Part shown: positions 32,714 through 42,758 of the stretch, in pieces
Layout: every line of letters begins with the position of its first letter
Numbering within the stretch: position 1 is the first letter of the stretch
NCBI GenBank assembly: GCA_965652295.1
Contig: CBFGTS010000002.1
Location: 32,001-96,000 of the forward strand
Direction of reading: 5' to 3'
DNA: 64,000 nt
From: an uncultured Haloferula sp.
Lineage (GTDB): Bacteria > Verrucomicrobiota > Verrucomicrobiia > Verrucomicrobiales > Akkermansiaceae
The notes under the pieces: model-generated
What the model saw: the letters and a program-made list of their open reading frames with translations, nothing else
What the model was told of the DNA's origin: nothing
The model's database searches: none
Made by a program: the position numbers and the translations under genes

Positions 32714-33372
32714 GCGCGGAAGATTGGCGGCTGGTGGGCTTTTCCGCGGCCATGGCGCTGTTGGCCACCTTGCTGGTGCTGCCGTCGGGCGTGGCGATCG
32801 CCTGGCTGCTGGCAAAGCGCCGCTGGCCGGGCAAGGCGCTGGTTGAGACCCTGGTTTCGCTGCCACTGGTGCTACCGCCGGTAGTCACCGGGTTGGTGCT
32901 GCTGAAGCTTTTCGGACGCCGCGGCCCGCTGGGCGGGTGGCTGTGGGAGACCTTCGGCTACGAGGTCGTGTTCACTTGGAAAGCGGTGGTTCTGGCGTTG
33001 GCGGTGATGTCGATGCCGCTGCTGGTCCGCGCGGCGAGGGCGGGGATGGAGGCGGTGGATGAGACCATGGAGCAACAAGCCCGGACACTGGGAGCCGGGG
33101 AGTGGCGGGTGTTCTTCAAAATCACGCTGCCGCTGGCCTGGCGTGGCATTCTCGCCGGGTTGCTGCTTTCCTTCGCGCGGGCCTTGGGAGAGTTCGGAGC
33201 GACGGTGATGGTGGCTGGAAACATCCCGGGGGAGACGACCACCCTTTCGGTGGCGATCTACCACCTCGTGCAGTTGGGCAAGGACGCGCAGGCTTGGAAA
33301 TTCGCGGCGCTCGCGGCGGGCATCGCGTTCGTCTCGGTGGCGCTGAGCGAGTGGCTGTCGCGGCGGAGGTAG
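32710..33372 (+). CDS. modB: Molybdate ABC transporter permease
   Basis: LPLVLPPVVTG, ARTLGA, FARALGEFGAT, GNIPGET. Confidence 0.95.
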   Translation: MSAEDWRLVGFSAAMALLATLLVLPSGVAIAWLLAKRRWPGKALVETLVSLPLVLPPVVTGLVLLKLFGRRGPLGGWLWETFGYEVVFTWKAVVLALAVMSMPLLVRAARAGMEAVDETMEQQARTLGAGEWRVFFKITLPLAWRGILAGLLLSFARALGEFGATVMVAGNIPGETTTLSVAIYHLVQLGKDAQAWKFAALAAGIAFVSVALSEWLSRRR

Positions 33373-33383
33373 GGGAACGCCTC

Positions 33384-34838
33384 CTACGGCGCGAGCGTCG
33401 CATCGAGCCGGATGAAGCCTTGGTCGCCGGACCATGGCAGCAAGGCATGAGCGTAGCCGTCTGCGGCAAGCGGCGGACGCGGGGAAAGCGGAGTGAAGGC
33501 GTCGAGTGTGAGCGACGTTTGGGCGTCGACGACGACTTTCGTGGTCGAGGGCAGGCGGAGCGGATAGCTGAGCTCAAGCCCGGCAGCCGTGAGGCCGGTG
33601 GTGACGAAACCGGAGTCCGCGTAGGTGGGATCGAGACCCAGTCCGAATTCGACTCCGGCGGGGATGCCGTCGCTATCGCTGTCGTCGATTTCTCCGAGTC
33701 CGGTGAGGCCGAAGCCGGTCATCCAGGTGGAGAAGGTCATGTCGATCTGCGCCGCGGACTTCTTCAGCGCGCCGCCGAGCATTTCCGTGGCGGTGAGCAG
33801 CGGAATCTCATCGCCGTAGGTGGTGTTGAAAGCGTGGACGATGGCGTTGGCGATCACCACCTGCGCGTTGGTGTTCGGATGGAAGTTCGCGCTGAACTCG
33901 CCGTTGAGCCAGACGTAGTTGAGATTCCCGGTGGTGCTGCCGTCGTTGATGAAGGGAATTCCGTGGATCGTGAGCGGGGTGGCACCGTTGAGGAGCCGCA
34001 GCGTGGGGGCGAACACATCGGCGAATCCGAGTCCGCGGGAATCGGCGAGCGCCTTCAGACGCTGGTTGAGATCGCGCACGACCTCGGTCACGCGGCGGGT
34101 CTTCACCGGATCGGTCGGGTATTTTCCACGGATCTCCGGCGTGATCCCTATGTGAGGGACGGCGACAATGACGATCGGGAGGTCCGGATTCCAGGTTTGG
34201 ACCTGGTTGATGACCACGGTGGAATCGGCCACGAAGCCAGCGACGAAAGCCTCGATCTCTTCGGGTGTGAGGCTGGAGTTGTAGATGCCGCCGTAAACAC
34301 CGCGAAGATCATTGCCGCCAACGAAGTAGGTCAGGCGCTCGGCTTGGTTTTCGATCTGTGACTGCAAGTCGGTGACCGAGAAATCGCTGTCGCTGATGCC
34401 GGCAAGCACCAAGGCGTCTCCGATGGAAAAGCCCGGGCCATCCGCATCCTCGGCCACGATCTCGGTGAAGGTTTTACTGCCAGTGACGAAGTCGTGGATC
34501 TGCTTGGCGGTCGCTCCCGGGATGGCCCAGTTGAACTCGTGGCGGAAAAGATACTCCTTACCGAGCAGGGCAAAGTTGTCCCGGGCACCGATGTCGAACC
34601 ATTCGTGGCGGTAAGCGGGATTGTTCAGCGTCTCAACCCAGTTTCGAACGGTGGCATCAAAGCCGTCGCCGTAGGTCTCGAAGCGAAGGGTGGACGGATT
34701 GAAAATCGTGACCTGAAACCCGAATTCCGCCTCGTAGGCGAAGGTCAACGAATCGCCGAGAGTGACGATCTGCTCCGCCGCGCGGGCGGGTGCCAACATG
34801 GGCAGGGCGAGTCCGGCGGCAAGGAGAGCGCGGGTCAT
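33384..34838 (-). CDS. Secreted SGNH/GDSL hydrolase with acidic C-terminal module
   Basis: Signal peptide, LGDSLT, NWAIPGA, GGND, FHPN; C-terminal DSDSDGIPAGVEFGLGLDP. Confidence 0.8.
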   Translation of the reverse strand: MTRALLAAGLALPMLAPARAAEQIVTLGDSLTFAYEAEFGFQVTIFNPSTLRFETYGDGFDATVRNWVETLNNPAYRHEWFDIGARDNFALLGKEYLFRHEFNWAIPGATAKQIHDFVTGSKTFTEIVAEDADGPGFSIGDALVLAGISDSDFSVTDLQSQIENQAERLTYFVGGNDLRGVYGGIYNSSLTPEEIEAFVAGFVADSTVVINQVQTWNPDLPIVIVAVPHIGITPEIRGKYPTDPVKTRRVTEVVRDLNQRLKALADSRGLGFADVFAPTLRLLNGATPLTIHGIPFINDGSTTGNLNYVWLNGEFSANFHPNTNAQVVIANAIVHAFNTTYGDEIPLLTATEMLGGALKKSAAQIDMTFSTWMTGFGLTGLGEIDDSDSDGIPAGVEFGLGLDPTYADSGFVTTGLTAAGLELSYPLRLPSTTKVVVDAQTSLTLDAFTPLSPRPPLAADGYAHALLPWSGDQGFIRLDATLAP

Positions 34839-34887
34839 GGGCGGAGCCTACGCAGGGTCAGCGGCGGGGAAAGGGGTTTTGATGTTT

Positions 34888-37215
34888 TCAGGGATCTAAA
34901 CGGACCAGCGGAACCAGTCTCGCCGGACCCAGCAGACCGGCGTCGGTGCCATCGGGCAGGGCGGAAACCTCGACCTCCAGACGATGGCGGCCGGGAGGAA
35001 GTTCGGGTAGCCCGACGAGCGCGGGATGACCGAAGACGGCGGCAATCTCGGTGCCATCGATCGAAATGCGCGCGACGTGGGCCAAGCTGCCGAGATCGAG
35101 CAACCAGGATTCCGGACTTTCGGGGAGATCAAACTCCAGTGCGTAAACCACGGGCCCCGAGCCGGACGCCAAAGCCGGGTCGGCCAGCGTGCGCCAGGAT
35201 CCGAGCAGAGGAAGTTCGATCACGTCGCCGCCGGAAAAACCTGCTTCCCAGGAGCCACGGAGATCGAGGCCTTCGGACGGATCAGGCCAGGCGGCGACAT
35301 CCGCGGGAGCCTCGCGAAACGTCCGGACGAGGCGGGATTCGTGAGGTGCGAGATGGAGATGCACGGTCAGGCTTCCGTGGTCCGAGGAACCGGCGAGGCC
35401 GATCCTTTCCGGCACGGCGGGATCGAACATCACGGCGGCGGCCGCCGGGCGGCTGAGCTCGAAAGTGGCGTCGATCGCTTCGCCGGTGGGATTGATGATC
35501 CAGTAGTGGTGGCCTTCCGCGTGGTGCCTGCGGACACCACGCAGGCCGAACCGGGCGAAGGCCTCACCCTTGATGTCGAGGGTGGCGGCGAGCTTCAGCG
35601 GGTCGTCGGCCTCCGCGACGCGTCGGATATCCTCGAGTGCCTGGACCAACGTGCCGCGGCGGATATCGGGCGAGGGGAAACCTGGGACATCCGTCGGCCA
35701 ATCGCCGAGGATTCCCACCTTTCCGCTGCGGCGGGAAAGATCGCGCAGCACGGCCGCAGTGGTCTCCGGCAAACGTCGTACTTCGGGCAGGATGACGGCT
35801 TGGTAGGTGAGGCCACCGAGGATGATCTCGCCATTCGCGGCGGTGGCGGTGGCGAGCAACTTGTCGCTCACGATGTCGCACTCAATCCCCGCCTTTTCGA
35901 AGGCCCGCAACGCGTGGCCGAAACCGCTGGAGGCAATCCAGTCGAGCCGCTCGTCGGGATCGTCCGGCAGCCCGCCGCGGCTGGCCAGAAAATCGTGGTA
36001 AGGGAAATAGAGCAGCACGTCGGGATCCGGCGCACCGGATTGGAGGATGGTCTGAATCCGCGTGATCCACGCCGTCAACGCCGGCACTCCGGGCTGGAGT
36101 GCCTCGTGGACGGGGCCAAGCACAATCTGGTTCGCCCCCCTGATCCACAGGGCCTCGCATTTCCGCCGGATGTCATCGGGCGTGGCGGCGAGGCCTCCGG
36201 AGACGATTCCGCTGACCAGCGGCTTGAGCGCGAAATGGGCGGCGGAGGCGGCGAAGGGAGGGTCATCGGGCGAGAGCACCGCGGGGATGTCGGCCACGGC
36301 GTGGAGATCGACGGGGTGCCCGGGGTTTCCCCTCAACACCGAGCGGCTGAGCGAGCCCTCGCCGCGGGTCCGCTCGTGCCAGGCGCTCAGCGCGTTCAGG
36401 TGGAGGTCCCCGAGAGTTTCGCGGTAGTCGCTGGTGACGCGCAAAGCGGTGCCGGCATCGCCTTCTCCGAACAGGGCAGGCAACTCTTCGCGAAGGTCGT
36501 AGCCGCGCAGTCGCTGGAAGGTTTCGTGGAACTCGGGCGTCCAGTCACCCGAGGTGGTGGCACTGCGTTCGAACACCTTTGCCCGTGCCTCCGGCAGCCC
36601 TTCCTCCTCCAGCGGCTTTTCGTGAAAATCCAGCCACAGGGCCATCGAGTAGTCGGAGAAGGGGTCGAGCTCCTTGTCCGCCTTATGCATCGCGAGACCG
36701 AAGATCCGCCATGTTCCGGGCGGGGAGTCCCAGACCAGCGTGCCGTCCTTTTGCACCATCCGGGCGAGGTCGGTGGGCGGGCCTTGCAGCGGCCATGCGC
36801 CGATGGTGTCGATCTCCGGCGAGGGGAGCTGGAGTTGCAGCTCCGCGCCGCCGGTGACGGCGTGTTGGAAAGGTTCCAGAGTGCGGGCGCGGAGTTCGTC
36901 GAGAATCGTGTCCGGGCGCGGGAAGTCGTTGAGGCGCAGGTCGAAGCCCAACCCGGCGAAATCGGCCTCAGCGGCGATTTCACGGGCTTGGAGCGTCCAG
37001 AGGTCGGTTTTCTCATGCCACGCCGGAAAAACCACGCCGCCAAAGCCATCCGCAGCGAGCCTCCGGAGGTCCGGCAGTTTTCCCGCGGCGAGGGCGACGG
37101 CATCGAGCTGTTGCCACGGACGTGCCTCCGCCGGGGCCTCCGGCCAGTCCGCAGGCGCGGCCACGGCGGAAGAAAGCACGGCCATCAGGCCAAGCCCCGC
37201 TTGCATCCTCCGCAT
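34888..37215 (-). CDS. GH106 (alpha-L-rhamnosidase)-like glycoside hydrolase fold protein, apparently degenerate
   Basis: EARPW, DWTPEF..F..LRGYDL, DYRETL, ASAAH, PDVLLYFP, LLDLG; start uncertain (37206-37230). Confidence 0.7.
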   Translation of the reverse strand: MRRMQAGLGLMAVLSSAVAAPADWPEAPAEARPWQQLDAVALAAGKLPDLRRLAADGFGGVVFPAWHEKTDLWTLQAREIAAEADFAGLGFDLRLNDFPRPDTILDELRARTLEPFQHAVTGGAELQLQLPSPEIDTIGAWPLQGPPTDLARMVQKDGTLVWDSPPGTWRIFGLAMHKADKELDPFSDYSMALWLDFHEKPLEEEGLPEARAKVFERSATTSGDWTPEFHETFQRLRGYDLREELPALFGEGDAGTALRVTSDYRETLGDLHLNALSAWHERTRGEGSLSRSVLRGNPGHPVDLHAVADIPAVLSPDDPPFAASAAHFALKPLVSGIVSGGLAATPDDIRRKCEALWIRGANQIVLGPVHEALQPGVPALTAWITRIQTILQSGAPDPDVLLYFPYHDFLASRGGLPDDPDERLDWIASSGFGHALRAFEKAGIECDIVSDKLLATATAANGEIILGGLTYQAVILPEVRRLPETTAAVLRDLSRRSGKVGILGDWPTDVPGFPSPDIRRGTLVQALEDIRRVAEADDPLKLAATLDIKGEAFARFGLRGVRRHHAEGHHYWIINPTGEAIDATFELSRPAAAAVMFDPAVPERIGLAGSSDHGSLTVHLHLAPHESRLVRTFREAPADVAAWPDPSEGLDLRGSWEAGFSGGDVIELPLLGSWRTLADPALASGSGPVVYALEFDLPESPESWLLDLGSLAHVARISIDGTEIAAVFGHPALVGLPELPPGRHRLEVEVSALPDGTDAGLLGPARLVPLVRLDP

Positions 37216-37325
37216 CCCGCACGCCATCATCCGCGCCCACGACCTAAGCCACCCGCACCCGCCCGGCAAGCCGTCCCGGGACTTCCCCCTTGCCGGGTGC
37301 TTAGGAAAGCTTAAGCATCCGCCGC

Positions 37326-39305
37326 ATGAGTCACGACCCCGATCAACACGTCTCGCTGGGCGAGATGTATTCGGACTACTTTTTGGACTACGCATCGTAC
37401 GTGATTCTCGAGCGGGCGGTTCCCCACCTCCTTGATGGTCTAAAACCCGTCCAGCGCCGGATTCTTCACTCGATGAAGGAATTGGACGACGGCCGCTACA
37501 ACAAGGTCGCCAATCTCATCGGCAACACGATGAAATACCACCCGCACGGTGACGCGGCGATCGGCGATGCGACGGTGAACATGGGCCAGAAGGATCTGCT
37601 CATCGACACCCAGGGAAACTGGGGCAACACGCTCACCGGTGACGGTGCGGCGGCCCCGCGCTACATCGAGGCACGGCTCACGAAATTCGCGCTGGACGTC
37701 ATTTTTAATCCCAAGACAACCCGCTGGACGCCGAGCTACGATGGCCGGAACAGGGAGCCGGTCACGCTGCCATCGAAGTTCCCCGTGTTGCTCGTCCAGG
37801 GCGTCGAGGGCATTGCCGTGGGCCTCGCCTGCAAGATGCTGCCCCACAATTTCCTGGAAGTGGCTGATGCCTGCGTGGCGGCGCTGCGGAATCAGGAGTT
37901 CGAGCTGCTGCCGGATTTCCCGACCGGCGGCATCATGGACGCCAGCGACTACCGCGACGGCTTGCGTGGTGGAAAGGTGCGCGTCCGGGCGCGGATCGAA
38001 GTCGAGAAAAAGAACCTACTGCGGATCACGGAGATCCCCTTCGGCACGACCACCGGGGCCTTGATGGAGTCGATCGTCAACGCCGGCGAAAAGGGCAAGA
38101 TCAAGGTTTCAAAGATCGAGGACAACACCGCCGCCCACGCCGATATCCTCGTCCACCTGCCGTCCGGCGTGGAGGCGGAAACGACCCGCGATGCTCTGTT
38201 CGCCTTCACCGACTGCGAGCTGAGCATCTCGCCGAATGCCTGCGTGATCGTCGAGGGCAAGCCGGTGTTCATGGCCATTTCCGAGATCCTCCGACGCAGC
38301 GCCGCACAAACGCGCGAGCTGCTGGGCGTCGAGTTGGAGATCAAGCTCGGCGAACTCAACGAGAAGTGGCATTTCAGCTCGCTGGAGAAGATTTTCATCG
38401 AAAACCGCATCTACCGCGACATCGAGGAGTGCGAGACTTGGGAAGCGGTGCTGAAGGCGATCGATGATGGCCTGAAGCCGTTCAGGAAGCTGCTCAAGCG
38501 CGAGGTCACCGAAGACGACCTGGTGCGGCTGACGGAGATCAAGATCAAGCGCATCTCGAAGTTCGACAGCTTCAAGGCCGACGAGGAAATCCGCTCTCTG
38601 GAGGACGCCATCGCCGAGACGGAGAAAAACCTGCGCAATCTGACGAAGTTCACGATCCGGTGGTTCGAGGACATCAAGAAAAAGCACGGTGCCGGGCGCG
38701 AGCGGAAGACGGAGATCTCGTCGTTCGAGCGGGTCGACCGCACCCAGGTGATCCTGGCGACCGAGACGCTCTACCTGGATGAGAAGAACGGTTTCGCCGG
38801 GTACGGGCTGAAAAAAGAGAAGCCGCTGGAGAGATGCTCGACGCTCGACGACATCATCATTTTCACCGCCGACGGCACGATGAAGGTCACCAAGGTGGCG
38901 GACAAGGTCTTCGTCGGCCAGCGGCCGTTGCGGGTCGCGGTGTACCGGAAGGACGAGGATCTCATTTACTCCATGATCTACCGCGATGGCCGCGACGGGC
39001 CCTTGATGGCGAAGCGGTTCCGGGTGGGTGGCACGACCCGCGACAAGGAATACGATCTGACCGGCGGCAAGAAGGGCAGCCGGGTGTTCTACTTCGCGGT
39101 CCACAAGAGCGAGGAGGAGAGCGCGGATCAGTTGCTGATCGTCCATCTCAAGCCGGCGCTGCGTCTGCGCAACGTTTCGCGTCCATTCAACTTCGGCGAA
39201 ATCGGGGTCAAAAGCCGGGGGAGCCGCGGCAACATCGTCACCAAACTCAACGCCGACCGCGTGGTCCGGGCGCCGAAGGACTTCGATCCCGAGGTGGGGG
39301 CGTGA
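37326..39305 (+). CDS. parC: DNA gyrase/topoisomerase IV subunit A (short ParC-like type)
   Basis: DGLKPVQRR, YHPHGD, catalytic AAPRYIEARL, PDFPTGG; the C-terminus lacks a GyrA box. Confidence 0.88.
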   Translation: MSHDPDQHVSLGEMYSDYFLDYASYVILERAVPHLLDGLKPVQRRILHSMKELDDGRYNKVANLIGNTMKYHPHGDAAIGDATVNMGQKDLLIDTQGNWGNTLTGDGAAAPRYIEARLTKFALDVIFNPKTTRWTPSYDGRNREPVTLPSKFPVLLVQGVEGIAVGLACKMLPHNFLEVADACVAALRNQEFELLPDFPTGGIMDASDYRDGLRGGKVRVRARIEVEKKNLLRITEIPFGTTTGALMESIVNAGEKGKIKVSKIEDNTAAHADILVHLPSGVEAETTRDALFAFTDCELSISPNACVIVEGKPVFMAISEILRRSAAQTRELLGVELEIKLGELNEKWHFSSLEKIFIENRIYRDIEECETWEAVLKAIDDGLKPFRKLLKREVTEDDLVRLTEIKIKRISKFDSFKADEEIRSLEDAIAETEKNLRNLTKFTIRWFEDIKKKHGAGRERKTEISSFERVDRTQVILATETLYLDEKNGFAGYGLKKEKPLERCSTLDDIIIFTADGTMKVTKVADKVFVGQRPLRVAVYRKDEDLIYSMIYRDGRDGPLMAKRFRVGGTTRDKEYDLTGGKKGSRVFYFAVHKSEEESADQLLIVHLKPALRLRNVSRPFNFGEIGVKSRGSRGNIVTKLNADRVVRAPKDFDPEVGA

Positions 39306-39395
39306 GCTTGAATCGCCGCAGTCTGAAATCTTCTACGCGGGAGCCATGACAGCTTCTTGCTTTGCACGAACGGCGTCCCTCGCGAGGCTGTTAGC

Positions 39396-40805
39396 ATGAA
39401 GCTCAAGTTCTGTGGCGCGGCGGGCACAACGACGGGATCCCAGCACCTGCTGGAGGTGAACGGAAAGAAGATCCTGCTCGATTGCGGGCTCTATCAAGGG
39501 CGGCGGAGCGACGCTTATGAGATCAATTGCTGCTTTCCACACTTCGAGCCCCAGGAGATCGATATGGTGGTGCTTTCCCACGCCCACATCGACCACAGCG
39601 GCAACCTCCCCAACCTCAGCCGCAGGGGCTTCACGGGAAACATCTACGCCACCTTCGCCACCCGCGATCTGTGCACGATCATGTTGGCGGACAGCGCACA
39701 CATCCAAGAGCAGGACGTCGAGTGGCTCAACAAACACCGCCTGCGCGACCGGCTTCCGCCCGCGGAGCCGCTGTATCGCAAAGCCGATGCCGAGCGCTGC
39801 CTGCGGCAGTTCGTGACGGTCGGTTACGAGCGACCGATGCCGATCGCCGACGGCGTGACGCTGACCTTTCTCGACGCGGGCCACATCCTCGGCGCGGCCC
39901 AGGTGCTGCTGGAGGTCTCCGACCACGAGGACGGTGGGAAACGGAAGCGCTTTCTTTTTTCAGGCGACATCGGGCGCGGGGAGAATGAGATTCTCAACCA
40001 TCCCGTGGCGGTGGAGAACGTCGATTTCCTCCTGATTGAATCGACCTATGGCGGCCGCGAGCACGATCTGCCGCCGACCGGGGCCGACGAGGCCGTGGCG
40101 GAAGTTCTGGAGCGCTCCCTCCAACGCGGCGGCAAGGTGATGATCCCGGCCTTCGCCGTCGAGAGGACGCAGCAGGTGCTCTACGTGCTCAACCGGTTGT
40201 TTCACAGCGGACGGCTGCCACGCGTGCCGGTTTACGTTGATAGCCCGCTGGCAGTGGGGGCCACGGAGATCTTCCGCCTGCACCCGGAGTGCTTCAACGA
40301 GGAGGTGTATGAGTTCCTGTTCGAGGATGGGATCGATCCCTTTATCTTCGAGGGCCTGCATCTGGTGCGCGCGGTGAACGAGTCGAAAAAACTCAATCAG
40401 CTGAAGGGCCCACGCATCATCATCGCGGCCTCCGGCATGTGTGAGGCCGGCCGGATCCGCCATCACTTGAAAAACGGCATCGGCGACTCGAAGAACACCG
40501 TGTTTTTCGTCGGTTTCTGTGCGGAGAACACCTTGGGACGTTTCATCCGCGATGGCCGGCACGAGGTGAACATTTTCGGGAAACGACACCGGGTCCATGC
40601 GGCGGTCGAGGCGATCGACTCTTTTTCCGGTCATGCCGATCATTCAGAGCTGATGGAGTATTTCCGCGCGATGAGCGGAAAAAAGGCCAAGGTCTGGTTG
40701 GTTCACGGCGAGGAAGAGAAATCGACGGCTCTCCGGGATGCGCTGAGGAAAGAGCACGCCGGAGACGTGGAAGTGGCCGTGCTGGGAGAAACGGTGGAAT
40801 TTTGA
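39396..40805 (+). CDS. Metallo-beta-lactamase/beta-CASP RNA-processing hydrolase
   Basis: LLDCG, SHAHIDHSG, AGHILG, FSGD, ESTYG, PAFAVER, FSGHAD. Confidence 0.92.
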   Translation: MKLKFCGAAGTTTGSQHLLEVNGKKILLDCGLYQGRRSDAYEINCCFPHFEPQEIDMVVLSHAHIDHSGNLPNLSRRGFTGNIYATFATRDLCTIMLADSAHIQEQDVEWLNKHRLRDRLPPAEPLYRKADAERCLRQFVTVGYERPMPIADGVTLTFLDAGHILGAAQVLLEVSDHEDGGKRKRFLFSGDIGRGENEILNHPVAVENVDFLLIESTYGGREHDLPPTGADEAVAEVLERSLQRGGKVMIPAFAVERTQQVLYVLNRLFHSGRLPRVPVYVDSPLAVGATEIFRLHPECFNEEVYEFLFEDGIDPFIFEGLHLVRAVNESKKLNQLKGPRIIIAASGMCEAGRIRHHLKNGIGDSKNTVFFVGFCAENTLGRFIRDGRHEVNIFGKRHRVHAAVEAIDSFSGHADHSELMEYFRAMSGKKAKVWLVHGEEEKSTALRDALRKEHAGDVEVAVLGETVEF

Positions 40806-40874
40806 GAGAGGGGGCGCGCTTCCATCCATCACTTGCCCGGCATGGGGGAGACTGCTACGACCCGGGGCGTGGCA

Positions 40875-41948
40875 GTGCAAAGCGACGTCAGGGCAGTCCT
40901 TCAATACGTGCCGCAGTTCCGTGGCCGGATCTTCGTGGTGCTCATCGAGGCCGGACTGCTGCCGGAGCCCGCGGTGGCGGAAACCCTTCTCGACCTGGCC
41001 GCGCTTGAGGATGTCGGCGTGAAGCTGGTGCTCGGGGTGCTCGGGGGCGACGTGGCCGATCTCTACGACTGGACCCTGGAGTGCGAAATCATGGCAGCCC
41101 GCTGCCCGAAGAAACTGGGAGAGCCCGGCGCGGTGGAGGAAGCCAAGGCCATTCTCGGCCGCGGGCAGACGGTGATCGTCGATGCCTCTTCCCAGGATCC
41201 GCTCGACGAGAAAGTTGTGGATTTCACCCTCGGCATCGGTGCCCTGAAGCTGATCGCACTGCTGGAGCAGGCGATCCTGATCGATGGCGAACCCGTCCCA
41301 GCGGTCCGCGCGGCGGACGCGGTGGAGCTTTCCGGGCGGTCAAACGTCACCGGTGGTGGCTTGCTCAAGGCGGCGGCCGCGGCCTGTAAGCGGGGAGTGC
41401 CGCGGGTCCACGTGCTCAACGGCCGCCGCCAGGGCGTGCTGGTGGACGAGCTTTTCTCGAACGAAGGCGTCGGGACGATGATCCACGCCGACGCCTACCG
41501 CGAAATCCGGCCGCTGCGGGAGGAAGACATCCCGGAGCTGCTCGGCATGATCGGTCGCTCGGTGCGGCGCACGAAGCTGGTCCCGCGGAACTACGAGGAC
41601 ATTGCCGGGAAGCTCGACGACTACCGCGTGATGACCATCGACGACAACGTGGTGGGCTGCGTCGCACTCCACGAATACCCGGCCGAAGGTCTCGCGGAGG
41701 TTGCCTGCCTCTATGTGAAAATGTCGCACGAGAGCCGCGGCTACGGGGTGGATCTGGTCAAGCACGCCGAGCACCTGGCGATCAGCCGCGGCGTGCCGCG
41801 GGTCTATGCGCTGACCAACCGCGCGGCGGATTTTTTCGAACACCGCATGGGCTACACACCGGCGGAGAAGAGCGTGCTGCCCGCCTCACGGCGTGAGCAG
41901 CTCAAGGCCAGCGGCCGCGACTCGCAGGTGTTCGTGAAAACCCTCTGA
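40875..41948 (+). CDS. argA: Amino-acid N-acetyltransferase (AAK-like + GNAT)
   Basis: LQYVPQFRGRIFVV, GVPRVHVLNG, ELFSNEGVGTMI, C-terminal GNAT EVACLYV; start may instead be ATG 40842. Confidence 0.85.
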   Translation: MQSDVRAVLQYVPQFRGRIFVVLIEAGLLPEPAVAETLLDLAALEDVGVKLVLGVLGGDVADLYDWTLECEIMAARCPKKLGEPGAVEEAKAILGRGQTVIVDASSQDPLDEKVVDFTLGIGALKLIALLEQAILIDGEPVPAVRAADAVELSGRSNVTGGGLLKAAAAACKRGVPRVHVLNGRRQGVLVDELFSNEGVGTMIHADAYREIRPLREEDIPELLGMIGRSVRRTKLVPRNYEDIAGKLDDYRVMTIDDNVVGCVALHEYPAEGLAEVACLYVKMSHESRGYGVDLVKHAEHLAISRGVPRVYALTNRAADFFEHRMGYTPAEKSVLPASRREQLKASGRDSQVFVKTL

Positions 41949-41958
41949 CGGAGCGCCG

Positions 41959-42669
41959 ATGATGAAATCCTGGATCCTCGAAGGCGGGCCGACTCCCAAT
42001 GACCGCGGCTTCACGCACGGTCTCGGTGTTTTTGAAACCCTGCTCGCCCTTGATGGCGAACTCGTGCGCCCCGAATGGCACTTCGAACGCATGGAGACCG
42101 GCTGCGGGGTGCTGGACATCGTTCCGCCCGATCGCGAGGCGGTCCGTGCCGCACTCCAAGCCGAATTGGGATCAGGCAGGCAGCGGGTCCGGATCGCCCG
42201 TACCGCCGGCTCCGGAGTGCTCAACCAGCTCCGCGGCGAAGATCCGCGGACCGTCCTCACCATCGCTCCATGTCCGGAGCCGCCCTCCTCGCTGCGGGTC
42301 ATCACGGCACCCTGGCCACGAAATGAGGCCAACCCCTTGACCGCGGTGAAGTGCCTCAGCTATGCCGAAAACCTGATGGCTCTGGATGTCGCACGCCACG
42401 CGGGGGCCGATGAGGCGGTGTTTTTCAATACCCAGGGGGAGCTTTGCGAAGGAGCCTGCTCGAACGTTTTCGTGGAGCGCGATGGTGAACTCTTCACGCC
42501 GCCGCTGTCCTCGGGCTGTCTGCCGGGCACCTTCCGCCGCGGGCTCATTGAGAGCGGACAAGCCGTCGAAAAGGTCCTTTCCGTCGAAGATGTGCGGGGT
42601 GCCCAGGCGATCTACCTGAGCTCGGCCACACGAGGACTGGTAAGGGTGGGGGAGTGGATCGGGCTCTGA
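41959..42669 (+). CDS. Aminotransferase class IV (PabC/IlvE family)
   Basis: DRGFTHGLGVFET, HFERM, KCLSY, EGACSNVF, LPGTFR. Confidence 0.9.
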   Translation: MMKSWILEGGPTPNDRGFTHGLGVFETLLALDGELVRPEWHFERMETGCGVLDIVPPDREAVRAALQAELGSGRQRVRIARTAGSGVLNQLRGEDPRTVLTIAPCPEPPSSLRVITAPWPRNEANPLTAVKCLSYAENLMALDVARHAGADEAVFFNTQGELCEGACSNVFVERDGELFTPPLSSGCLPGTFRRGLIESGQAVEKVLSVEDVRGAQAIYLSSATRGLVRVGEWIGL

Positions 42670-42758
42670 GTGAATTACCCGATTAATTTCGAGTGGGCAT
42701 TTTTGGCTGTCAGTCATGAAAGGATGCGTCCTAGTTTCACGCACTGTCTTTACCGATC

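Noticed and set aside
42670..42758. AT-rich GAATTA..TAATTTC as an operator for the sugar operon
   Set aside because: Symmetry is weak and no regulator gene is nearby; cannot be supported.
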